A stretch of 64,000 bases of DNA. Origin: Haliotis cracherodii (lineage: Eukaryota). A model generated the notes under the pieces. It was given only the letters and a program-made list of their open reading frames with translations. It was not told where the DNA came from and did no database searches. The stretch lies in the NCBI RefSeq assembly GCF_022045235.1, contig NW_027266287.1, positions 3,658,001 through 3,722,000 of the forward strand, in the 5' to 3' direction. The position numbers were made by a program, and so were the translations under genes. Every line of letters begins with the position of its first letter. Within the stretch, counting starts at the first letter, position 1. Shown here in pieces: positions 23,774 to 37,500 of this stretch.

Positions 23774-25249
23774 ATGAATATTCGTCATGACTATATTCTC
23801 CCCACAACTTATGGCGATCCCATGGCTTTGTCGTGCATATTTAAACTGTCAGGAACTTCTGCGTGAACGGGAGTACACAATAAACTCGTCGCTTCTTGTC
23901 TCGGAATGAATATATACATATACCTATAGTGAATAATATCTCTACGTAAACAGGCAATATTCAGAACGTAAAATTATCCAGTATGCTGATCTAGGAAATA
24001 AGCACATTGAGTGACGTGACCTTTAATGGGAGATATACACACCGGACCATGTATGAAGCTGTTCCTTCAAACTAGTTAACAGAAAAGGCCGGGTGATTTC
24101 GTCTTGTCTACTCGGCGTCGTGTTTGTCGGGAGCTATACTGTTCATGGACGATTCAAAACCTGGATCAGGTGACCAGCTGTTATATCCCATAGCTGCTTA
24201 TTGACTAATAGTATCCATAAACAACAAGACAAACAAATCAGAACAATACTAATTAAACCTCGAACTATCATTAATTAGGTGTTTGAACAGGCGAGATCGA
24301 AACGCTTTTCAATAAAGCAGACATTACGATACTCGTAACGTACAATACTGTGATTACTGCTAGCTTAACGACTGAGCAGAACTTGTCAATTGATTAATAC
24401 TCTTGCATATGTTACACTCAATTGCATGCATCATTTCAGTTTATTCACGTAATAATAGACTTTATTTTATTAAAAACAAAACATGTAAACAATTCCAATT
24501 TCAATTTCGTGTTTGGGCAGAACAATTACCTGACCATTGCGAGAAATGAGCAAGCAGGTAGCCCATACTGTGAAATATTTGGAGAATTATTTTTCATTCA
24601 CAACTATTGCCCATTGCAACACACACCACTTTTTGAGGACCCGGTGTCGACATGTCTGTGTGAGCGATCGGAATGTGTCGCCAGTGAACTGAACTTACCT
24701 CCGCAGGAATTCCCCTAAATAAACAACTACATTCAAGTAAACTTGCCTCTTTCTTTACCAGTTCTTATAAATGTAGCATCAACATTGCAAATTTACCTTA
24801 AAACTTAAGTTAGCATCCTCCCGCTCGGTAAATATCCACATTGAAGGTAGCTTGAACGGGTTGTTCGTTTCGGTGTCTATTTCCAGGTCAACAGACCTGT
24901 CACTCCAGCTCTTGAGCAAAACATACTTGTCGCCTCCTCTCAACGGGCGCAGCAATGCGTGCATACAGTTGGTCCGCGTCAGGACGGATAATCCTGTTCG
25001 GGCGATTGAACACTGTCACCGGCAGTGACTAACTGTAGATTTTTACCTAAGGTTGACACATCTGACATTTCGAGATTTCAGATTCAAAGTAGGGAAGTAT
25101 AGTTAAACATTTCTCATTGTTCACTTAACATAATTACACTGTACAGCAATGTAGGTGATTTTAAAACAGAACATGGCGGTGCAATAAACCAGTTTCATAT
25201 GATAATAAAAGACCGACCCGTGAAAATACGGGATAGAATAGCCACAGCA

Positions 25250-26830
25250 TCTTAAACTGTCTCACAAGACACATAAACACATGACAAAATTAGAACTTGT
25301 GCACAAATTTCAAACTCTTAAAAGTCAAATCAATCATCAGAGCAAGTTAGATCAACTGAAAAACAAAGTGTCTATACGATAAGAAGTAAAGGACTCATGC
25401 TAAATGAGGTGAAATGGGGTTTAACGTCGCGTCCAGGATTATTGCGCTTATATAGCGACGTGCATGCACGTGTATGTGTGTGTGGCTGCTTGTACTAGTC
25501 CGGACTGATGCTGATATATAGTGCTAGCACTCTGAGATATCATGCCGCAGTTTAACATGGAAACCCCACTCAGACACAGTATACTGACTCCGAGCCGACC
25601 AGTCCTTGTTTTAGCCCTTTAATGCGGAGCGCCAGACAGGGTAACAACAAGTACCATCTTTTAACGTCTTTTGGTATGACGTGGCCGGGGATCGAACCCC
25701 GGACCTTCCGCTCTCCGGGCGGACGCTTGCTAAATGACACTGGTGATGCAGACTTAGGAAACATGCTTGAAGAGTAGAGTTCTGAGATACAGAAAAGCTG
25801 TCTTGATGAACTTTCTCTGCAAAGATCATTCTGCAGTGCTCCAGATAAGCTGTGTATCTGCGTAAAATACGCATCAGAAATGCAGAAATACGCAGTAAAA
25901 TAAAATCAAAGCGTATCAAAAACGCAACGAACATTACAGATACGCTACAAAAATAAAACTTGTGCGTATCATCAAAATATTGTGAAGTAACCCTGCGTAT
26001 TCGATTATAGCGAATCAGCAACTTATTTTGAAATTATAAACGGGCATTCCGAAAACCTTGTAAAACTCCACGATGACAGTTACATCATGATCATTTGCCA
26101 TTACACTTTCTTGTGGAAGTATTGTGGTATTTGTGAGTGCTATAACGCTCTCTAACCGACATGACACCAGTTAGATGAATAGTGTTGTTAAATATTTAAC
26201 TTGAATACCCACATGTGTAAAAACTAGTGGGTTACAGAAATTTGAATACCCAGATAGAATTACTGATACCCAATGATTTTTAAAATGCATGGGTAAAATA
26301 CCCACATCACCAAAAACTTATCTGGAGCTCTGATTCTGGGAATACCAAGTGAAGTAAGCTAAGTTAAATGACAACTGTCGATGAGATGGCATCCTATGGT
26401 CATCAAATGGTGTCTATATTTGGGGAGTAAAAGCAGAAAAAACTATGATGCTGCACGGAATACACGTTTCATAAAGTTGTCAAGCAGGAGAACTCTCTTT
26501 GACTATTCTCATTCCTTGCCCAGCATTCTTTGATTCCATCCTCAGTATGCTAAGCACCTGATGACTGAAGCAAAGTCTTTAGGCATGTTAAATCCTTAGT
26601 CGGCATTGCAGGACGAAGTGAAAATATCCGAAGGACTCATTTATGACAGGTCCTCGGGTGAATAGGTTGGCTATGTGGACCTTGATCAAACTGGCAATGA
26701 CCTTCCACGATTAGAAGAATTATTGAAGGACACACAATCTCAGCTGACCCGTACGATGCTGGTTATAGTGATTCCTGGGATTGTAGCAGACTTCGGGTAT
26801 CCATATATGCCGCTCGGTATATGGTCTCTG
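25250..26830 (+). pseudogene. P-element-type (THAP9-like) transposase relic interrupted by a SINE and a MITE
   Basis: QRSFWEYQ..MRWHPMVIKWCLYL..FIKLSSRRTLFDYSH..QDEVKISEGLIYDRSSGE*VGYVDL..TMLVIVIPG..YPY, with stops and frameshifts. Confidence 0.8.
25834..26332 (-). mobile_element. MITE (same family as 12738-13244) with 6-bp TSD ATTCTG
   Basis: cagtgctccagataag...cttatctggagctctg flanked by attctg on both sides; inserted into a P-transposase relic. Confidence 0.85.
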
Positions 26831-27097
26831 CGCCACGGGTATGAGAAAGAAGGCTTGTTATCGTCCATTTACACACCACTAATAAATATTTCAAGTTTTT
26901 CGAACATTTCCAGTGAGCCAAAAAGGACACTCCCCTAACTCGTCTTTTCAAGCTCTGCAATAACCAAATGCCGTCCGTTACGATCCGGGGTAGAATAGGT
27001 CTTCAGCAACCCATGCTTGCCCTAAAAGGCGACTGTATGCTTGTCGTGAGAGCCGATTAACGGGATCGGGTGGTCAGGCTCGCTGACTTGGTTGATA

Positions 27098-27502
27098 TAA
27101 GGGTAACGCTATTTTTCAGGGCATTATCATTTGCTGAAGCCCGAGGTCTTCCATTAACTTGAAAAGACCGAGGGCTTCTGCAAAGGATAATGCCCTGAAA
27201 AATAGCGTTACCGTTATTATAGCTAAAATGGATGTCGATTTTGAAACATTTACTGCAATCAACACGAATATCACTGACCCACTTTTACAAATATGGAAAC
27301 GTCATAGAACAAACCAGATGACGTCACTATTGAACGTTACGTCACCTATCCCTGTCCTATGACGTCACCTAACAACGGGCGTGATAATGGCGGGTCGTCA
27401 AGTAATATGAGGGCATTATCAAGTTACAGTGGCCCTCTCATTTCTGATAACAAATTAACATGCAGGCGTTTTTATGATAATTCTATCCATTTTAGCTATA
27501 AT
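27098..27502. mobile_element. Palindromic insertion inside a family-B retroposon
   Basis: ~55-bp-arm hairpin 27098-27217 plus second inverted repeat attatagctaaaatgga/tccattttagctataat; splits host sequence gttgat|gcatgtc. Confidence 0.6.
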
Positions 27503-28584
27503 GCATGTCATCCTATCCCAATTGCGTGGATCGATGCTCATGACGTCAATCACACGACTGTCTGGTCCAGACTCGATTATTTACAGACCGCCGTCATATA
27601 GTGGAATATTGCTGAGAGCGTCGTTAAACAACAAACAAACAAACAATTCCCCGGTGGTTATTTTGGGGACAAGGCCTGGTGGTAATTAGATCCACGGTGC
27701 TTAATAATCTGACCAAACGTTGGGTAGGCTACTATTATATTCTTGGGGATATGTATTTGTAGACAGCTAGAGCACACAATTTCATAATAAATAATATCTC
27801 CCAAAATATTCCAACATTTGTTGTTCTGTTGTCACTGGTATTTTTGGGATATTAATTTTCAGACATTCAATTGACACCGGATATACCATATATTTCCTAG
27901 ATTAGACAGTGTGTCACGAATAAACGGCTGGGTCTCCATTAAACGCCAGGAAGTGTTTATGCACGGAATTCCCCTATTATAATTATCTGTACATAAAACA
28001 CGAGAATATACTAGTATTTAAGAGGAAATGGTACCCCGCGTTAACAGTAGCATCTGATAATAGCTACACGAACTGACGTTATGATATTTATTAAAAAACT
28101 TTAGTTTCGACTGATGATTTCATTTGCATCTGATTTTTTGTAGTTTTGCATCAGAGACAATCAATTGATATACCGGAAGGTTAATAATAATATATCTGAA
28201 TGTTTTGTAAGAAAGAAAGATGTGCCAACAATTAAAATATTATGTGTATATTTATCTAATATTATTTTGTACTCATATAACATGGTCCATATGCATTAAT
28301 ATGACCATGTATTTGAATAAAGAACGTGGATGTTCAAAGGGACGCAACTCCGCTCGACAATCTTTGGGAGAGTTCAGTGAACCTTCCACAGTCAAATGTG
28401 ATGGCGGAACGCTAAACTTTTGTGCAAGCCGTTTCTCGGTTTGTTTTTGACAACATCGACATACAAAGAGCAAACAAAGGTGAAACGTATGACAGGTAAC
28501 GTAATTATTGCACATGATAGCAACACTTTACTAAAATGGCTTAGACATTGACGTATTTTCTGATTGTAAATATCGCGTTTCTCC

Positions 28585-28605
28585 CAACACGCACTTCCGG
28601 TCGAA
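28585..28605 (+). promoter_or_regulatory. Candidate promoter (ETS motif) of the zinc-finger gene
   Basis: gcacttccggtcg (CCGGAAGTG on minus strand) in a locally CpG-rich stretch ~3 kb upstream of the first coding exon, which begins at a splice acceptor. Confidence 0.3.
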
Positions 28606-29419
28606 CACAATGGGTGTTTTTCAATAATGTGTCATTTTCTTCTTGGATTTTGAATTTTCCCAATAAGTTGTAAATGGATTTTAGAATGATTATCATATGC
28701 TATATTATGTTTGAATTATCTTGGAATCGCAATGTTATAAAATGTAGTTTGTGAAGTATTTTGAATGTAAACAAAGTAAAATGTTTCGAATTCTCCATAG
28801 GCCTAGGAGTAAAATCAGCGTTCATATCAGTAACTTACAGTTAGAGGAGGCTGGTTCTTACTCAGTTGTTATTCGCCGAAGGAACTATTCAGACTGACAT
28901 CAGTGACAGGCAGAGCCTATTGAATAATTAAACTCGATTTTATGATTTCATGATAACACATGAATTATTTAGAATGCAGAACTTTTGCTTCCGCCAATGT
29001 TTAGGCCTATAACATCAGTTAGTCAAAGCCCTGCCATTTTGTAGTTCAGATCAGGCATGAAGATATAGATTAGGCCTAGATTAACCATTTTACATATTTC
29101 ACCCTGAGTACAAATTAAGCAGCATAAACACAATAGATCTATATTTTATTTACAAATATAAAACAGATTCTGGAGAATGCAGAAATTGATGGAATCAGTG
29201 GATTTAGGCATGGGACATTTGATGTAACTAATAACAACAAACAAACTTGCATAGAAGGCCTCGTCTTTGAAAGAATTGTGAGTTTGTTTATTATTATTAT
29301 TAGTTATTAATTACATGGTCCTGTGATTTAGGCTAGTGACCGCAAATATCGGTAGGCCTATATATATGGCCTCTGTTTTATGTTGAAGAATGCAAACTGC
29401 CCAAAACACAATACAATAC

Positions 29420-29714
29420 ATTATTTGACGTAATAAACGCCTTGATCTAATAAGCGCCCACGGCGAGATTTGCTGATATATTGGCTAGTGAACAATCCCA
29501 GTTAGCACCCCTTCCGACCCCTTTTCGCATATAATACGCACTCGTGTTATATATGCACCCTTTATTATTGGCAATAAAATTAAATTCTGGAAACATATAT
29601 CTGTTGTACATAAACATTTCAGGCTGTCGGCATAAACCACGAAATTTGTCTTTCAAGAGCCCACTATTTCTAATTTTGAGAGAGCCCTGGGCGCTTATTA
29701 CGTCGAATACGGTA
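29420..29714 (+). mobile_element. Tc1/mariner-type MITE (taataagcgccc TIR family)
   Basis: Homologous to 46016-46356, which has ta|ctgtattc...gaatacag|ta ends. Confidence 0.7.
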
Positions 29715-31529
29715 TTCAAGTTGGTGCCTTTTTTCCCTACCCCAATAACATTCTCAAATATCTAAATTCTTAGGTAGGTTTAAAATGTGAATTGTTAGTT
29801 ATACCACAAATGTATCTGGTTAATGCAAACACCTATGAAACAGAACAAACCATTCTCTTATAGAATAGAGTACCTTTCACTGTAAAAGTTTTAATATGTT
29901 TTGGAGATTTAGCATATTTCCCCCCACTTCATTATTAGACTGACATTTAGTCCCAGAAATAAAGTTATCTTTTTTAAAAATATGTATCTACAAAATTAAT
30001 AAAATATAATCCACATGGAGCCCAGATGAATGCTTTCTTCATTTCTCTCGGGTCTGTGAGACAGAGTAGATCTACTTTATCATGTTCACTGACAGACCCA
30101 AACAACTTAGTCAATGCAGGGATTAAATAGGATTCTTAGTGCCCTTGGTGGGCAAATTGAGAAAAAGTTTTTTTAAAATATAAAATCTTATTTTTTTTAC
30201 TTTCAGGGGTTTTATAACAGGGGTATTTTTGGATGGCATTCAATGCAAGAAAATAAAACAAAACATTAAGACCTGGTTACCTAGACTACATGATATGGAA
30301 AGCCATAAATTTAGTTATCAGTATTATATAATAACATAAATTAGGAATTTTTTAATAACAGTTTCAGACCTTTTTATGATATCTGCTGAAGACCTGGAGC
30401 CAAGTGTCGGCCTCTGAGCAGATCTAGATAAATATCCCTGTAATGATATTTATCAAGAAAACCAAAATATCAAAATCTCACTGCAGTAATTTTGCTAGAA
30501 TATTGCTGAGTGCGACATTAAACAACAAACAATCAAGCAAAAAATCGTGTAGGTTATGCAAATTTATTTGTGTTTTTCAGATTTTATTCCAGGAATCCCT
30601 GAAGTCAGGAGGGACATAAATGTATCACTTTTTAATATAAAATAATAATGACTGAATTTATATTGCATTGTGCCAAGTACCATTTCTTCTTGTAGCATGT
30701 AGGATTCATAATTTTGGGAAATATTACTGTTCTTTTGCTTCAGGAGAATTTAATTTTCTTAAGCATGTTAAGGCCACACTTTTTAAAATTTTATTTTTCA
30801 TGAATTTTTTCCAGCTTTTCAACTCAAGGTCTTTTGAAATAAGATAAATGATAAATAGTTGTGTCAATCATTTATAGTTTTATAAAAAAGTCATTCTGCC
30901 ATAGAGTTAGAAGTGTAGGTGTCCTCTTGAATCACTTTTTGTAATGTAGACATGGAATTTATATATAACATTTCATGTTGTCTAAGAGGCTCTATATAAA
31001 CATGATTACTAGCAGGAGAGGGGCGGTCTGGTAGCCTAGTGGTTTAAGCGTTCACTCGTCACGCCGAAGACCCGGGTTCAATTCTCGACATGGGTACAAT
31101 GTGTGAAACCCATTTCTGGTGTCCCCTGCCGTGAATTTGCTGGAATATTGCATAAAGCAGCATAAAAACCATACTCACTCACTACCAGCGGGTGACATAA
31201 TTAAAATACATATTTTTGTGTTTGATTTATTTCTCTTCCTGCTGGGTCTGTGAAACAAAAAATGTGTGTGGCCTGAGTAGGCAGAAGATAAAAACATGGT
31301 CAGAATGTCAATGTAGCTGTCAATTTTGAGATAGAAGATTATATTGTGGATTTCTGTTTGTTGGGAGTGGGTGTGTGGGACTATAGAGTGACAAGTGGAT
31401 ATGTAAAAGAAATGATATATTTGGACTTGCTTAATTTGTTTGTTTAATGTTGTGACAAAAAAAATGTTACACTGTATTTGAGTCGAGAAAGAAACTCAGT
31501 ATTGACATGTTACCTTGGTTACCTTCCAG

Positions 31530-34500
31530 ATGGACGAGTTTGCTTGTTCAGCACTTGAAGGTCAAGGTCACCGGAAAAGTGAAAGGGAGAGAAAAAAGAA
31601 AAGGTCATTTTCACCTGACCTTGACCTTGACCTGCTATCAACAAAGGTCAGAGCAGGGCAGGCAGTGAAGAAGAAGAAGAAAAAGACAATCTCAGGATCG
31701 TCCTTTGCACCTGATCGACCGTATGACAAATTGCCAAATGGTAAGTCATTTGTATTGCACTGATTAAGTGTTGTATTATAGGACAGTTAGGACTTAGATC
31801 CTTTTCCACTTACAAGAATCGCCAGATTTGACAGTTTTAGACATCTTTAGAAAAGGGTCATGAAGGTAAATGAAAGTATTCTTATAACTGACCAGTCTTG
31901 TGGCTTCCTTAAGGCCCCTTTACACAGGGCTGTGACCTTTGGGCCACCTTTGGACAATCAAAACTGGCCAGGACCCTCAATGGTCGCCTAAACCCAGAAA
32001 ATCATGTTTCTATGTAACTGCTCCAGCAGTTGTTCAGCAGTAACTGCTCGAGTTGTTCAGCGTCTGCAACCACAATGAAACACTGCAGGTACAAACCCTC
32101 TATTTATAGGCAGGCTGAGGAGGCACTACAGGTAGCTCAAAGGAGGCACTACAGGTAGCTCAAAGGAGGCAGAAAAGTGGCAGAAGCATTGCCATGGTGT
32201 CTCAAGGGTTGCCGTGGTTGCCAAATGGAGGCACGGCGGTCGCCACAGTCATCATTCAATGTCATCGTTCAAAGGAGATACAAGGGAGGCAGAAGCATGG
32301 CCTAGATTGACAGGAAAATTTGCAGCAGAACGCATCAATTACCTGGCAACCATTGGGCGACCACTGTGCCTTCATCTGCAACAACGGCAATGCTTGTGCC
32401 TCCTTTGTGCCTCCTTTGAGCCACCTTTGAGCAACCAACCTCCTCGGCATCCTTTGTGTGACTGTTTTGAACATGTTCAAATATTCACGGTGACCATGGC
32501 GTCCATGGCGATGTCTGAACCTCCTGTGTACCACCTTGGAACGACCTAGGCAACCGTTCTGATTCCTTTGAGCCTCCAACGACGACCTAGCAAATTTTTT
32601 GGTTGCACACAGGAGGCACAAAGGTCGCCATCCTGTGTTAAACCCCCTTTAAGCACCTGCAAGTTTATAATTTGATCACAGTACCAGAAGTATGGAGTTA
32701 AAAAGACAATTTCAAGGAGCAAAATCAAGCAGAGCACATCTGTCATGTTTATCTGGGACTAAACATGTTTTCAAACAATGTTTTCGACCACAATTTCTTT
32801 TTTTAAAGACATTTCTTCATGGATTATCTAGGTGATGGGGTTATGTTCAGTATTATTGTTTTTATACAGCAACATGCATGTGTGCATGGCTGCTTGTACT
32901 AGTCTAGACTTATGCCGGTTTTATAGTGCCAGTCCACTGAGATGCCATTCCGCAGTTTAAGATGAAAACCCACTCAGACACAGTATACTGACTCCAAGCC
33001 GACCAGTCTTTATTATTCCCTTAATGCAGGGTAATGACAATTGCCATCTTTTAGCATTATTTGGGATGAGGCAGCCAGGGGATTTGAACCATAACCTTCC
33101 ACTGTCCAGGCAGACGTTTAATCCACCAGAACACAGAGGTGGTCTCGCTTTATGATGAGAATTCCAGTATTTTCTGATACAAATGATTCCCTTTTGCAAA
33201 AATCCCAAGCTTTTGTCATGTAGCTCGAATATTGCCGAGTCCAATGTTAAACAACAAAACAGACAAAAGGCACAATGCACTTCCATGTGCAGCATACGCT
33301 GGTGATAATCAGTGTGCTCTAACTTTGTAGGGATGCCGTTTTCCTGTGACCTGTGCAAGACTTCCTACGTCTGTAACCCGCTGATGTCAAAGCGAGGCTC
33401 TCGAGTGAAGCGTAGCAAACACATGCCGAGTCCGAGAATCCACATCGACCCGACCACAGGGAAGACTCTCCTGCTTTGTAACGCTTGTGGTGAGAGGACA
33501 TTGTGCAATTTCTAGTCTTTCGCATTTAGCTCACCAAAGGTCTGTGTTAGCTTATGTCATGGCCTGGTTGCACTGTTTGGACACATGTGATGTACCTGTG
33601 TACTACTAGACTCAGGATTGTTCATGGTGTTAAGATGCAAAATGTTTTAAAAAAAAAAAAAAAAATAATAATGAAATTGTGAAAAATATTTCAGAATCTT
33701 CCGAAAGAAAGCAACAAGGGGTACATGTGGTTTTTATGCATCCCTCGCCTCCAGTTCGTGGTATAAAAACCTAATAATTTCATGCTATAAAGTTTACACT
33801 GTTTCTTTCCTGCTGATTGGCTGAAGGGGAAGTCATGTGGTCTGATATTTGGAGTACACACACCTGTGAAGGAGATAAAAGTCCACACGATGATGTTCTT
33901 TTTACTCCCTGCATTTATCAGCAATATAATTAATTTAGTATTTTGCCTGGTCTTGTAACATTTCATCTGACTAAAAAATAAATAAATGCTTTGGTTCTGG
34001 TGTTTAATGTCGTCCAGCTGCTAGATGAAACAAAATGGATTGTCCTTATTGTGAATTGGATTTGGAATTGCTATCTATGACTACTAATAACGCAGGTGAA
34101 GAAAATGAATTCTGTAAAATTACTGAGGTGAACAAAATTGATTTATTAAGAGATACTGACTTTAAAAGCGCTGGTTAATCTAGCAAGCTCGGAGGTTCAC
34201 ACAGTTTAACCTAAATCGTTCACACTTCAATGAACCCATCCAAGCTGACGTTCAATTCTTAAACAAGGGACTCATGAACAGAAAAAGTCACACATACCCT
34301 GAGTGATACTGCTTCACTTTATGATATTGACAAGATATGTGTCATCAAGAGTTTCATCTTTATGAAATTGGAAATATTTAATATTTATTTGTGAATTGAC
34401 CTTGAACTACCCTGCTTGTATTTGTAGGGTTAGCTCTGGATCGTCCAAAGAAACCAAAGAAGCTGAAACCTCTACCCTCTCAGGAGGAGAAAGACAAGTA

Positions 34501-37500
34501 TCTGCTGGAGGCCAAACTGTTCGCATCAACCCTCGCAGCAGAACTAAATGTACCTGAAGGTAGGTGCCCTAAAACCCAGTCAGTCTCCAAGGGGATGCAA
34601 TGATGATGATGATTAGGATGATGAGGATGTCAGGGTTTGAAAGTCCTTGTACTTCAGAAATACATGACGAGTGCGAACCACTCATGGTTTATTCTCCCTG
34701 CAGTGTTTTATTGTATGATAAACAACAACCATGAGTCGTTTATTTCTTGTATGAGATATTTCCCGCACATTGTCACAATCCTCACATCAATTACATGTAC
34801 CTTTTCTCCCAACACCGATTGTCATATCTTTTCCACTTTTGGATGTGACCTTCCGGCTATCGTCCAATTTACGACGTCATCACGTTGCAAGCGCATGTTC
34901 GAATCTCCAGAAATGACGTCTTGATAGAACAGTGATTCCGCGACAAGTCTGACCCCAATAACCACAAATATGATATGTAAACCGTAGTCAATTTTACTTT
35001 ACCATCCAGATGTTTTTTCAACATGTTGTCTTGGTAACATTTTAAAAAAACAATTTGTCATGTAACCCAGTGCACAGGGTTTAACCTTGGTTACTGCAAC
35101 GACTGGAGCACGTCATGGACTCTTGGATCAAATATGAAATCCGTGTGCTGTATGACTATTGACAGAAATAGGTTCTGTTGTTAGGTACAGAAATCTGACA
35201 TGGGCTGTTCTAACACTGATTGTATTTCTTATGAGAATGAAAGAAGAGAAATATCAGAGTAGTCTTTGATACATTCTAACACCCTTTTGCATCTAATGTT
35301 TCAGATTAATTCAAATGACAACATGTCTGATTTCCATCCTGTATTTCACAGCGGAGGTTCTCTACTGCCCTAGTTTCAAGATGGCAGCCTGCAAGTGTCT
35401 TCAGGCCTACATTGAAGCTGATGGTGAGATTTAAAAATTCACTGTAGGGGCCCAGATATGGCAGAGTTACCTCCCCTAGGTTTGCCAGAAATGATTTGGC
35501 TTTGAAACCCAAGTTTTCATGGAGTCTGTTTCTAGGTTTGTCAGCACCATACCCGTGTTCGTAGGTTTCACAAAAATGGTAAATGTCTAAGACCTGCATC
35601 ACTTTCCTCCCGCATCAAGCTGACACACATGATATAACTTATCTTCCCGAGGCAAGAGAGTTAACTGACTGTAAAAGTCCAGTTTCCACCCTTCCCGAAC
35701 TAGGCTGGAATTCCTGGGCCCAATCGTAGCGCCACCAGTGGCTATTATGAGTTATGTCCCTTCTAAGGCTCTCCTATGGACCGATCAGATTCCACCTCTC
35801 GTATCACTTGTATTTGATTCACATAAAATGGCGATCTGATTGATAATCAAGATCTATATTGTGATAAAACGGATCTTACATCGCGAAGTGCATCAAATCA
35901 CGTGAACACCTTGATTAAGATTTGGAAAATATCTGTTGACACCAAAGTTGGTGGTGGACATGCTTTGCAAATCCTGCAATCGACCAAAATCTCCATGACA
36001 GTTTACAAACTGGATTTCGATTTCACTGCATGATTTTGATTGGACTATGCATAGACTCGTTAGTCCAGCCAAAATGTAACACCATAATACCAGCCTAGTT
36101 CGGCAAGGGTGGAAACTGGACTACCAAACGCCATCTTGTTTTCTAGCAGACGTCTCAACTTTCATCATGTGACAGTTCAACACTGATCATGTGACGAGTC
36201 AATATTCGAGGTCTGTGTCCGTCAAATTATTTGGAGGTCTACATTGAAATGTATTGTTTCGTCACATGGTACGGATTAACCAATGGAATTGCAAGATTCC
36301 TAAAAGAGGTATGACATGAACATGTCATGAACATCCAACTTCATGTATTTATTCTGTGATCTGCGTGTGTAGGTAACAAAGATGACATGAGGAAGCGAGG
36401 ACTTGAGTTGACAGAGTTACACAAGGAAGCCAAACGACTCAGTGCCTTGAAGTTCTATGATACCGAGAAGTTGTCCGAGTCTGGCAGGAAAGGAAAGAGG
36501 TAGGATACTTGATTCAAACAGAGGTTCAAGCCTTGAAAAGACCTCTAATTTGAAAATGAAAAAAAACTTCAAAATGTTTTCATTCATGAAGTATTCTTAA
36601 GCATATCTAGAAAAGGACAAAATATATATACTCCAGTGCAGTGTGTTAAATAAAACAATTTGCAGGACCCACAGACTTTAGAAGCTGCAGGCCCTGACTA
36701 AACTCTTCAGGCCCTCATTTAAAAATCTGACTGCAGCTCATTGTAACAAATATATCAACACATAAATTATCTACATGCGGTAAGAACCCTTACAATTTGA
36801 TCTGATCCGACATGAGATCTACCTGGCTCAGGCTTCGGAAGGCGCTTATTTCGAACACTGCTCCAGTGTGAAAGTCGATGTTACCATAACTCCCTAGTGC
36901 TTTTGACTTTGAGACTTTGTAGAAATGCTCTGCTCAAAAGTTCCAACCCTTTTCTGTTATGGCGAGACCACCTCCGCCTCCGTGGTCCGTGGTAGAGTGT
37001 CAGCCCAGAGAGCAAAAGGTTGTGGGTTTGATCCCTGGCCGCGTCATACCAAACGATATTGACTGATGGTACTTGTTCTTACCCTGTCTGGCGCTTGGCA
37101 TAAAGGGGCTAAACAAGGACTGGTCGGCTCGGAGTCAGTATACTGTGTCTGAATGATGTATTTATGTTAAACTGCGGCATTGTATCTCAGTGACCTTGCA
37201 CTATAAAATCGACATTGGTCCAGACCAGTACAAGCATCCACAGGCACACACAGGGTGGCTTCCACACATCACAGGTTTATCTATATCTGCTCCGAGGCCA
37301 ATATGCGACTGTCTTCCCGAGGCAGGAGTGATCCGACTATAAATGTCCAGTTTCCACCATTGCCGAACTAGGTTTGAATTATTGAGTTGCATTATGCATA
37401 GTCCTATCAAAATCTTGGGATGAAATGGACATCCGGTTTGTAAATTGCCATAAGTCGCTTCTTACGACAAGCATATTCGCCTTTTACAGCAAGCATTGGT

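Noticed and set aside
22596-23788. Three overlapping Cys-rich ORFs; regular repeats suggestive of CRISPR
   Set aside because: 28-bp tandem unit cycling through frames; no unique spacers, no cas genes, eukaryotic context.
32214-32621. 111-119 aa ORFs
   Set aside because: Interior of a MITE-like repeat within an intron; no recognisable protein motifs.
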